In this document: piece by piece, positions 1 to 6,377 of the stretch
Position numbering within the stretch: position 1 is the first letter of the stretch
How the letters are laid out: the number at the start of each line of letters is the position of its first letter
Assembly (NCBI GenBank): GCA_050732715.1
Contig: JBOHRM010000540.1
Location: 1 to 28,655, forward strand
Length of the DNA stretch: 28,655 bases
Direction of reading: 5' to 3'
DNA from: Longimicrobiales bacterium
Lineage (GTDB): Bacteria; Gemmatimonadota; Gemmatimonadetes; Longimicrobiales; RSA9
Program-made: the position numbers and the translations under genes
The notes under the pieces: model-generated
What the model was told of the DNA's origin: nothing
The model's input: only the letters and a program-made list of their open reading frames with translations
Databases searched by the model: none

Positions 1-10
1 ACCAGGGCCT

Positions 11-111
11 GTGCGACCGCCGCACCCGCCCGCCCGGAGGCTCGGTCAACCGTCCTGGCAGAACCGGCGAACGTAACCGGGCGCACCAGCGCGTTCGGAC
101 GCTCGGTCAAC
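11..111. repeat. Two degenerate ~40-nt hairpin repeats (family A), 61-nt period
   Basis: 21-50 (CGCACCCGCCCGCCCGGAGGCTCGGTCAAC) matches 82-111 (CGCACCAGCGCGTTCGGACGCTCGGTCAAC) at 25/30. The right arm CGCTCGGTCAAC is imperfectly complementary to CGTAACCGGGCG at 72-83. Confidence 0.6.
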
Positions 112-137
112 TCGTCAGTCGTAAGGCTCGAAAGCAG

Positions 138-280
138 CGCGTGACGAGTTAGCCGGAATAATCGCGGATATCCCGTCACGGCGCCGACGCGCCAGGTTCG
201 CGTGACGAGTTAGCCGGAATAGTCGCGGTTATCTCGTCACGGGCATGAAAGGCCGTGATCGGGTGACGGGTTGTCGGGAC
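138..280. repeat. Two 44-nt palindromic direct repeats (family B) plus a degenerate third half-copy, 61-nt period
   Basis: 138-181 and 199-242 differ at 3 of 44 positions. Each folds into an imperfect 16-bp stem (CGTGACGAGTTAGCCG...CGG[A/T]TATC[C/T]CGTCACG) with a 9-nt loop. GTGACGGGTTGTCGGGA at 263 lies exactly 61 nt after the matching position of copy 2. Confidence 0.85.
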
Positions 281-421
281 GCCGCATCGACGAAAGGCGA
301 TGCGAGGCCGAGGCGTCGAGCATGCTGGACGCACGAGATCCGGCGACCGTCGGCATCGGTTAATAAGATGATCGACGCGCCGGGTGCGCGGAATGATCTG
401 TGATGGGCGATCGGAGGAGGG

Positions 422-1336
422 ATGGGCAGTCGTACTACGCAGCGGACGGACATTGAGGAAGTGATTGCGAGGTTCGCGGCTCGCCAGCACGGCGTGGTCG
501 CTCGCGCTCAGCTCCTGCGTGCCGGTGTGGCCGCCGACGTCGTCGACTATCGCCTGCGGACTGGCCGGTTGCGGTCGATCTACCGCGCCGTCTACGTGGC
601 TGGACCCCTGCCGTTGCCGAACGCGCGCGAGATGGCGGCGGTGCTCGCGTGCGGCAACGGTGCGGCCGTCAGTCACCGGAGCGCGGCCTCGCTCTGGCAG
701 CTGCTTCCGCGTGGCGACGAGGCGTCGGTCGTCGAGGTCGCGGTCAAGAGCGGCCGCGCCGGCAACCGACCCGGCATTCGGGTGCATCGTTTGCGCACGT
801 TGCGTAAGGATGAGGTGACCACGCAGGATCGCATCCCGGTCACCACGCCGGCGCGCACGCTCTACGACCTGGGGGGCGTGACGACGCCTCGTGCGCTCGA
901 GCGTGCGCTCGCCGAAGCGATGGCGCGCCGCGTCACCACGCGTTCTCGTATGCTTTCGGTGTTGGATTGCCACCCGAAAGGCCGGGGCGTCAGCGCGTTG
1001 CGCGCGTTGCTCGAGTCCCGGCCCGGCCCGGCCCTGACGCGGTCGGAGGCGGAGGAGCGATTCCTCGCGCTTGTTCGTAAAGCGCGGCTCCGCGAGCCCG
1101 AGGTCAACGTCATGGCGCAAGGCAACAACGTCGATTTTTACTGGCGCGTGGACCGCCTCGTGGTCGAGATCGATGGCCGAGCGTATCACTCCTCGCCTCA
1201 GGCGTTCGAACGCGATCATCAGCGCGACGCCACGCTCGTCGCCGCCGGCCTCAGGGTGATGCGGGTGACCTGGCGCCAGATCGTGGATGAGCCCGAGGCG
1301 GTACTGGTGCGGCTGGCACAGGCACTCGCTCGCTAG
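422..1336 (+). CDS. AbiEi-like wHTH / DUF559 (Vsr-like PD-(D/E)XK) endonuclease-domain protein
   Basis: N-terminal 'AARQHGVVARAQL...GRLRSIYRAVY', central 'AVSHRSAA' and 'IPVTTPARTLYDL', C-terminal 'VDFYW..LVVEIDGRAYH...ERDHQRDATL...GLRVMRVTW'. GGAGG RBS before the ATG. Confidence 0.9.
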   Translation: MGSRTTQRTDIEEVIARFAARQHGVVARAQLLRAGVAADVVDYRLRTGRLRSIYRAVYVAGPLPLPNAREMAAVLACGNGAAVSHRSAASLWQLLPRGDEASVVEVAVKSGRAGNRPGIRVHRLRTLRKDEVTTQDRIPVTTPARTLYDLGGVTTPRALERALAEAMARRVTTRSRMLSVLDCHPKGRGVSALRALLESRPGPALTRSEAEERFLALVRKARLREPEVNVMAQGNNVDFYWRVDRLVVEIDGRAYHSSPQAFERDHQRDATLVAAGLRVMRVTWRQIVDEPEAVLVRLAQALAR

Positions 1337-1340
1337 TGAC

Positions 1341-1379
1341 CCGTGGCCGAGATTCCTTGGCAAGTCACTTCGGCCACGG
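1341..1379. repeat. 39-nt hairpin directly after the DUF559 stop (flanking palindrome or bidirectional terminator)
   Basis: CCGTGGCCGA (1341-1350) and TCGGCCACGG (1370-1379) form a perfect 10-bp stem that extends with mismatches. It lies between convergent genes and has no U-tract. Confidence 0.7.
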
Positions 1380-1405
1380 ACCACCAGGCTCGCACCGAGG
1401 CGCCC

Positions 1406-1771
1406 TCAGCGGAAATCGTTCTCCTTTAGCTCGATCACCCAGGCGCGGCGTTCGGCGATCTTGCCATCTCGCATGACGAACACCTCGGCCATGGACATCC
1501 GCATCCGCTCACCGGTGTCGCGCATCACCGATCCCGTCAGCTCGGCCATGACGACGTCGCCCTCCTCGACCATGCGCACGACTTCGAGCTGGGGAGGCGG
1601 GACGAAGCCGGGCGCCTCTATCGCATCGTCGTACGCCTGCTTGCCGGTGAGGTGGAACGCGCCGAAGACGGTCCACTCGATGTCGTCCGCGAGGCACGAC
1701 AGAATCTGGGCGTGATCGTTCTTGCGAAAGCCGTCCAGGTAGGTCTCGACGGTCTGTTTGTTCCGCGACAT
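1406..1771 (-). CDS. SnoaL-like / NTF2-family protein
   Basis: MSRNKQTVETYLDGF...ILSCLADDIEW...VEEGDVVMAE...EVFVMRDGKIAERRAW is a typical SnoaL_2 pattern. Start trimmed to the ATG at 1771. Confidence 0.88.
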   Translation of the reverse strand: MSRNKQTVETYLDGFRKNDHAQILSCLADDIEWTVFGAFHLTGKQAYDDAIEAPGFVPPPQLEVVRMVEEGDVVMAELTGSVMRDTGERMRMSMAEVFVMRDGKIAERRAWVIELKENDFR

Positions 1772-2065
1772 CGTTCTCTGGATCGCTTGGAAGTTGAATG
1801 TCGAATGCTCCACGCCCATGCGTCCGCTCGAAATGAGGCGCCGACGATTTTCAGCCGATAGTCGAACGAGCGTGCCCGTACTCGACAGTGCAGGATTCCG
1901 GGCTCAATCCTCTCCTGCTTCACTGGCGCGCTCCACGGCGCCGTCGGGCGTCGACTCGAGCGGGGCCCAGGCCGCGTCGACCAGCGCGGGCAGCGCTAGA
2001 GCCGCCGGCTCGGCGACGTGGTGGACACCCGTGCCGTCCGCTTGGGCCTGCAGGCTAGTGACCCG

Positions 2066-2225
2066 TCACTCGACGCGCAGCGCGATCATTGGATCGACCT
2101 TCGTCGCCCGCCATGCGGGTAGAAGACTCGCGATGAGTGCGACAGCCGCGAAGATTGCCGCCGAAGGCGCCGCGTGCGCAGCGCGTAGCGGACATCACGC
2201 CGGAACTCATACCGCCACGCCGCGT
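2066..2225 (-). pseudogene. Remnant of an ADOP/FtsX-like ABC permease: N-terminal motif fused to C-terminus
   Basis: One minus frame reads 'AAIFAAVALIASLLPAWRATKVDPMIALRVE*' (stop 2066-2068), the typical permease C-terminus. An adjacent frame reads 'YEFRRDVRYALRT', the typical N-terminal motif. There is no intact ORF. Confidence 0.8.
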
Positions 2226-2281
2226 TTCAGCCCCAACGGACGATCGAGCCGCTGTGCGAGCCCATCGCTTCCTCTAGATGA

Positions 2282-2315
2282 TCGGAAGAAGCAAGATGCG
2301 CGTGGCTTCTTCCGA
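2282..2315. repeat. 11-bp perfect inverted repeat
   Basis: TCGGAAGAAGC (2282-2292) and GCTTCTTCCGA (2305-2315) with a 12-nt loop. Function unknown. Confidence 0.55.
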
Positions 2316-2398
2316 CTGTCAACAGAAGCCGCCCGCCTGCGCCCCGCCTCGCCAGACGTTTTGCCGGTTCGGGCGTGTAGGTTCAGGCGTGTAAGCTG

Positions 2399-2427
2399 TT
2401 GACCTGCTAGCTGGTTGCCGTTAGGTT
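2399..2427 (+). promoter_or_regulatory. sigma70-type promoter of ffs
   Basis: TTGACC (2399-2404), 17 nt, TAGGTT (2422-2427), ending a few nt before the SRP RNA stem. Confidence 0.8.
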
Positions 2428-2431
2428 CAAC

Positions 2432-2539
2432 GGCCGTGCCCCAGGACCCCAGGGCGCGAGCTCACGAACCCCGTCAGGACCGTGAAGGTAGCAGCGGTAA
2501 GTGGTGTGAGCGTCGCTGTGGAGCTCCTGGGGCACGGCT
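2432..2539 (+). ncRNA. ffs: Signal recognition particle RNA (small bacterial, 4.5S type)
   Basis: Helix-8 motif CCGTCAGGACC-GTGAA-GGTAGCAGCGG (compare E. coli GGTCAGGTCCGGAAGGAAGCAGCC). Perfect 14-bp terminal stem GCCGTGCCCCAGGA (2433-2446) / TCCTGGGGCACGGC (2525-2538). Correctly spaced promoter. Confidence 0.93.
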
Positions 2540-2585
2540 CATCCTATACCGCGCCCTCATGCTCCCGCGCCTTACGGCCGAGCTT

Positions 2586-2924
2586 TCAGGAGCAGGTGAC
2601 CTCGATGAGGAGCCGGCGCCAGCTAGGAACATCGACGCCGGAGACGCGGAGGGCGCGGGCGCGGACGCGGCCACCCCTGAGCATCCAAGGTGTCAGCCAG
2701 GCCTCGATCTCGGGCGGGAGGTGACCGAGGAGGTCTCCGCCGGGCAGATGGACCCAGACGCCGGGCGCATCGTCGAGTGGCGGACCGGGGATGAGGAACA
2801 ACTCGTCGCCTGGATTGACGCGGGCGAGGTGGCTGCTGCGCTCACAGAAGACCGTGCCGTGCACGGTCGCACGAAAGCAGTCGGTCCCGCTCGGGGGGAG
2901 CGGCGGTGGTGCCCGGTCGAGCAT
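2586..2924 (-). CDS. Stand-alone HIRAN-domain protein
   Basis: 'FRATVHGTVF..R...L..V.PGDEL.LIP.P......V.VH..GG.LLGHLPPEI..WL' fits the HIRAN pattern. Own promoter directly upstream. Confidence 0.75.
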   Translation of the reverse strand: MLDRAPPPLPPSGTDCFRATVHGTVFCERSSHLARVNPGDELFLIPGPPLDDAPGVWVHLPGGDLLGHLPPEIEAWLTPWMLRGGRVRARALRVSGVDVPSWRRLLIEVTCS

Positions 2925-2930
2925 AGGGGT

Positions 2931-2959
2931 AATTTAGGCCGGGCAACAGGTCATGCCAA
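2931..2959 (-). promoter_or_regulatory. Putative sigma70 promoter giving a leaderless HIRAN mRNA
   Basis: Minus strand TTGGCA-17 nt-TAAATT, then 6 nt to the ATG. No Shine-Dalgarno. Confidence 0.6.
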
Positions 2960-3071
2960 CCCTCGCGCCGGCTCGACGGAGGCTGGCGAGAAGAGCCGTC
3001 TTCGCCCGGGCATTCCGGTGGTGCGGGGCGGCAGCGAATCTGAAGTGACCGCGCCAGAGTGGAGTGGTGAA

Positions 3072-4223
3072 GTGGAGCCGATCTACCTCGATCATGCAGC
3101 GACGACGCCGTTGAGGCTGGAGGTTCGGGAGGCGATGGCGCCGTACGGCTCGGAGCGGTTCGGCAATCCGTCGAGCGCGCACCGTTGGGGCCGTCAGGCG
3201 AGAAATGCGCTCGAGGAGTCGCGCGAGCGGATCGCCGCGGCGCTCGGGGGGAAGCGTCGCGAGATGGTGTTCACCGGTGGCGGCACGGAAGCCGACAACA
3301 TCGCGGTGCTCGGCCGGTGGCGATCGGTGTGCGGAAGCGCGCCGGACCGCGCGGTGGTGTGCACTGCGATCGAACACAAGGCCGTGTCACTGGCGGCGAA
3401 GCAGGCGGCGGCGGAGGGGGCGGAGCTGATCGTGCTCGGTGTCGACGCGGACGGTCGGGTCGACGCCAACGCAATCGATGAAGCGATCGCGGCTCGACCG
3501 TGCGTGGTGAGCGTGATGTGGGGGAACAACGAGGTCGGCACGTTGCAGCCGGTCCACGAGATCGGGGAACGATGTCGCGCGAGCGGTGTCGTGTTCCACA
3601 CGGACGCAGTGCAGGCGATGGGTAAGGTGCGCGTGCGGGTCGATGAGGTGCGCTGCGACCTGCTCTCGCTGAGCGGCCACAAGATCGGCGGGCCCAAGGG
3701 CATCGGCTGCCTCTACATTCGCGATGGCGCCGATGTGTCTCCGTTGACGCACGGCGGCGGTCAGGAACGGCTGCTGCGGCCGGGCACGGAGAACGTGGCG
3801 GCGGCGGTCGGCCTCGCGCTCGCGATCGACCTGGCCGCCAATGAGCAGGAAGAGGAGGCCGCGCGCCTCGGCGCCTTGCGCGATGCGCTCGAGGCCGGCC
3901 TGAGCGAGCGGCTCCCCGATCTCGTGGTCAACGGCGGCGGCGCGCCGCGGCTGCCCCACGTGTTGAACGTCACGGTGCCGGGCGCGGATCAAGAAGGGCT
4001 GCTGATCGGGCTCGACCTCGAGGGCGTCGCGGTGTCCGGCGCGTCGGCGTGCCAGAGCGGCTCGGTCGAGCCGAGCCACGTGCTCTTGGCGATGGGTCGC
4101 GTCGATCCCGGCGCATCGATCCGGATGTCGCTGGGCCGTACGACGACGCCGGCGGAGATCGATCGGGTGCTCGACATCTTCCCACGGGTAGTCGATCGCG
4201 TGCGGATCCCCGCGCGTGCCTGA
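3072..4223 (+). CDS. iscS: Cysteine desulfurase (IscS/NifS group I)
   Basis: IYLDHAATTP, FGNPSS.H, FTGGGTEADN, HTDAVQA, PLP-lysine motif SGHKIGGPKG, RPGTEN and active-site SGASAC. GTG start at 3072 after GGAG. The ORF-track start at 2415 is over-extended. Confidence 0.93.
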   Translation: MEPIYLDHAATTPLRLEVREAMAPYGSERFGNPSSAHRWGRQARNALEESRERIAAALGGKRREMVFTGGGTEADNIAVLGRWRSVCGSAPDRAVVCTAIEHKAVSLAAKQAAAEGAELIVLGVDADGRVDANAIDEAIAARPCVVSVMWGNNEVGTLQPVHEIGERCRASGVVFHTDAVQAMGKVRVRVDEVRCDLLSLSGHKIGGPKGIGCLYIRDGADVSPLTHGGGQERLLRPGTENVAAAVGLALAIDLAANEQEEEAARLGALRDALEAGLSERLPDLVVNGGGAPRLPHVLNVTVPGADQEGLLIGLDLEGVAVSGASACQSGSVEPSHVLLAMGRVDPGASIRMSLGRTTTPAEIDRVLDIFPRVVDRVRIPARA

Positions 4224-4231
4224 GTAGAGAC

Positions 4232-4267
4232 GGGTTGCGAGTTGGCGTGTTGCGGGTTGCGGGTTCC
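4232..4267 (+). repeat. Heptamer tandem repeat (GGGTTGC-like) after the iscS stop
   Basis: GGGTTGC GAGTTGGC GTGTTGC GGGTTGC GGGTTCC. Confidence 0.75.
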
Positions 4268-4405
4268 CCGCCGCCGCCCCGTTTCAGGGATCGCTGGTTG
4301 CGCAAACAGCGCCATGGCAACTCCTGAGAAACTATGAGGCTTGCAGCCGCGTCGTTTCTCCTATGATCGATCGCGCCACGGCGCGTGGGGGCGCTGAGTA
4401 GAAAC

Positions 4406-4426
4406 GGGTTCCGGGTTCCGAGTTTC
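4406..4426 (+). repeat. Heptamer tandem repeat (GGGTTCC-like)
   Basis: GGGTTCC GGGTTCC GAGTTTC. Confidence 0.7.
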
Positions 4427-4505
4427 GCGCATCGCTGGTGCCGCGCGAGCGGCATGGAAAACTGAGTTGAGATTCGATGGCAGACGACACGGTTGGCAGG
4501 AAACG

Positions 4506-4589
4506 CTCTCGCAAAGCGCAAAGATCGCGGAGGGGACGCAAAGGGGGGTCTTGGCGGATCCTAGCCGTGCCTGGCGTCTTGGCGCGGGG
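4506..4589. repeat. Palindromic element built from CGCAAAG / CTTGGCG units
   Basis: The left half has three CGCAAAG units and the right half has CTTGGCG/CCTGGCG units. Same architecture as 8852-8932. Confidence 0.65.
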
Positions 4590-4669
4590 CATTCCCTATC
4601 GGCCCGGACGTTTTCATCAATTTCCCTGGTACCCGCAGGGACCGGGCGGAGAAACGAGTAGAGGAATAG

Positions 4670-5776
4670 GTGTCGCGCGGTAGGACCATCATTGTAGCGA
4701 TGTCGGGGGGCGTGGACTCGTCCGTGGCGGCGGCGTTGCTCGTCGAGCAGGGTCACCACGTCATCGGCGTGACCATGAAGACGTTCTGCTACTCCGAGAA
4801 GGTCACGAACGGCAAGACGTGCTGCGGGCTGGACGGGATCATCGATGCGCGTCGCGTCGCCGGTTCGCTCGGAATCCCGCACTACGTGTTCGATATGGAG
4901 GAGTCGTTCACGAGCGCGGTGATCGACGATTTCGTGGGCGAGTACGCGGCGGGTCGCACGCCGAATCCGTGCGTGCGTTGTAACTCGAACACGAAGATTC
5001 CCGACCTGCTCGAGCGCGGCCGTCGCTTCGGCGCAGGCGCCGTGGCGACCGGTCATTATGCACGCTCCGAGGTCGGTGCGGACGGCGTGGTGCGGGTCCG
5101 GCGAGGCGTCGATCCGGCCAAGGACCAGACGTATTTCCTGTGGGGCGTGCCGAGCGAAGCGATCGCGAGCCTGCGCTTTCCAGTCGGTGAGCTGACGAAG
5201 GCCGAGGTCCGCGCGTACGCGCGCCGGCTCGGGCTTTCGACCGCGGACAAGCCGGAGTCTCAGGAGATCTGTTTCGTGCCACACGGCACGTACGCGGATT
5301 TCCTCGCCACACGGCTCGGCGTCGATCACACGGCGTTACGGCCCGGCAGTCTGGTCACGAGCGCCGGCGCGAAGGTCGGTGATCACCAAGGTTACGCGCG
5401 CTATACCGTCGGCCAGCGCCGCGGGCTGGGCGGCGGATTCCGCAAGCCGCTGTACGTACTGGGTGTGCGCCCCGAGGCGAACGAAGTCGTGGTCGGCTCC
5501 GCCGACGAGCTCTACAGAGACGACGTCGCGCTCGGCGATCTGAACTGGATCACCGAGCCTCCCGCTGAGGGTGAGCGCGTGTATCTACAGTTGCGGCATC
5601 GCGCGCCGGCCGCGGCCGCGACCGTCACGCACATCGACGCGCGTAAGGCCAGCTTCCGGCTCGAGGAGCCGCAGCGCGCCGTGACGCCCGGTCAGTCCGG
5701 CGTCGCCTATCGAGGTGAAGTGCTGATTGGCGGCGGGCGGATCAGAGAATCTCGCGCGATCGGTGCAGCAGGGTGA
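4670..5776 (+). CDS. mnmA: tRNA 2-thiouridine(34) synthase MnmA
   Basis: AMSGGVDSSV PP-loop, GRTPNPCVRCN, ATGHYAR, KDQTYFL, DKPESQEICF, YTVGQRRGLG, AVTPGQ. Confidence 0.97.
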   Translation: MSRGRTIIVAMSGGVDSSVAAALLVEQGHHVIGVTMKTFCYSEKVTNGKTCCGLDGIIDARRVAGSLGIPHYVFDMEESFTSAVIDDFVGEYAAGRTPNPCVRCNSNTKIPDLLERGRRFGAGAVATGHYARSEVGADGVVRVRRGVDPAKDQTYFLWGVPSEAIASLRFPVGELTKAEVRAYARRLGLSTADKPESQEICFVPHGTYADFLATRLGVDHTALRPGSLVTSAGAKVGDHQGYARYTVGQRRGLGGGFRKPLYVLGVRPEANEVVVGSADELYRDDVALGDLNWITEPPAEGERVYLQLRHRAPAAAATVTHIDARKASFRLEEPQRAVTPGQSGVAYRGEVLIGGGRIRESRAIGAAG

Positions 5777-5975
5777 CGAGCTGCTCGCGCGAAGCTCTGT
5801 CGATCGAACGTTCGGCGCCAGCCTCATCACCGTCGAATCCGAGGATTCTGGGACGGAGCTGACGGTCGGTCAGGCAGTTGAAGATCAGGCTCGGCTTGTC
5901 CGCCAGACCGAAGCGGGACGCCGATGGATAGACCTCCCACACCAAGAAGTTCTCGTCCTGGAATTTCCGGGACAT
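5742..5975 (-). CDS. Small hypothetical protein (77 aa)
   Basis: MSRKFQDENFLVWEVYP...LIFNCLTD...RPR...QLVTLLHRSREIL has a protein-like composition unlike the shadow ORFs. Its 3' end overlaps the mnmA 3' end by 35 nt. Confidence 0.75.
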   Translation of the reverse strand: MSRKFQDENFLVWEVYPSASRFGLADKPSLIFNCLTDRQLRPRILGFDGDEAGAERSIDRASREQLVTLLHRSREIL

Positions 5976-5995
5976 TGCTAGGTTTTCTCCATCGC

Positions 5996-6016
5996 TGCAC
6001 CCCGTTTGCACCCCGT
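5996..6016. repeat. Tandem 10-bp direct repeat, integrase arm-type-like site
   Basis: TGCACCCCGT-T-TGCACCCCGT immediately beyond the stop codon of the integrase remnant. Confidence 0.6.
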
Positions 6017-6017
6017 G

Positions 6018-6336
6018 TCACGCATGACGAAGCTCAACGGCTGCGAGAACGGACGCCGCGCTGCCACGCTGGTAGCTCGCCTTCATCACCCTCTCGTTCT
6101 TCCACCCGCCGGCCTCCGCGACGGCGGCATCCGGCAGGCTGGCGCGCTCATTTGGCCCATAGATGTCGGTAGGGATGGTATGCGCCGCCGACCAGCTTCG
6201 GAAGGCCGGCCCGGCGGCCCGCGTCCAACAGCCACCCGCATGCCGTTGGCTTGCCGAGCGGCTTCGACGGCGCTGAGGGCGCCGTGAACAGCAGTGCGGC
6301 GCCGAGCGTCGGGTGACGCCGCAGGTAGGCGTCGCG
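6018..6336 (-). pseudogene. Tyrosine recombinase/integrase C-terminal remnant, 5'-truncated and frameshifted
   Basis: One minus frame: DAYLRRHPTLGAALLFTAPSAPSKPLGKPTACGWLLDAGRRAGLPKLVGGAYHPYRHLWA-K*. Removing one base at about 6151-6153 continues it as NERASLPDAAVAEAGGWKNERVMKASYQRGSAASVLAAVELRHA*. It contains HxxR, a GGW in place of LGH, and the catalytic Tyr. Confidence 0.82.
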
Positions 6337-6341
6337 CGGGC

Positions 6342-6370
6342 TCGACAGGGTCGGGTCGCGCGCGTATTCT
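6342..6370 (+). promoter_or_regulatory. Putative sigma70 promoter giving a leaderless TolB-like mRNA
   Basis: TCGACA-17 nt-TATTCT, then 7 nt to the ATG at 6378. No Shine-Dalgarno. Confidence 0.6.
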
Positions 6371-6377
6371 ATACGCT

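Noticed and set aside
138..280. CRISPR array
   Set aside because: Only 2-3 copies, repeats (44 nt) much longer than spacers (~17 nt), and no cas genes in the window. It fits palindromic REP-like units better.
176..1384. 402-aa minus-strand ORF and other long antisense ORFs (e.g. 11368-13113, 13625-15490, 27050-28471)
   Set aside because: Shadow frames of well-supported genes in high-GC DNA: Arg/Ala/Pro-rich with no motifs.
1904..2060. Minus-frame peptide 'AEPAALALPALVDAAWAP' resembling the end of a CobB/Sir2 deacylase
   Set aside because: Too short and low-complexity to support without a search, and no catalytic motifs are visible.
2944..2959. sigma54 promoter (TGGCA...TTGC) for the HIRAN gene
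   Set aside because: GG to GC spacing is 11 nt rather than the required 10. The sigma70 reading fits better.
2415..3071. 219-aa N-terminal extension of the cysteine desulfurase
   Set aside because: It overlaps the SRP RNA and the antisense HIRAN gene. Homology starts at 'IYLDHAATTP', with a GTG and RBS at 3072.
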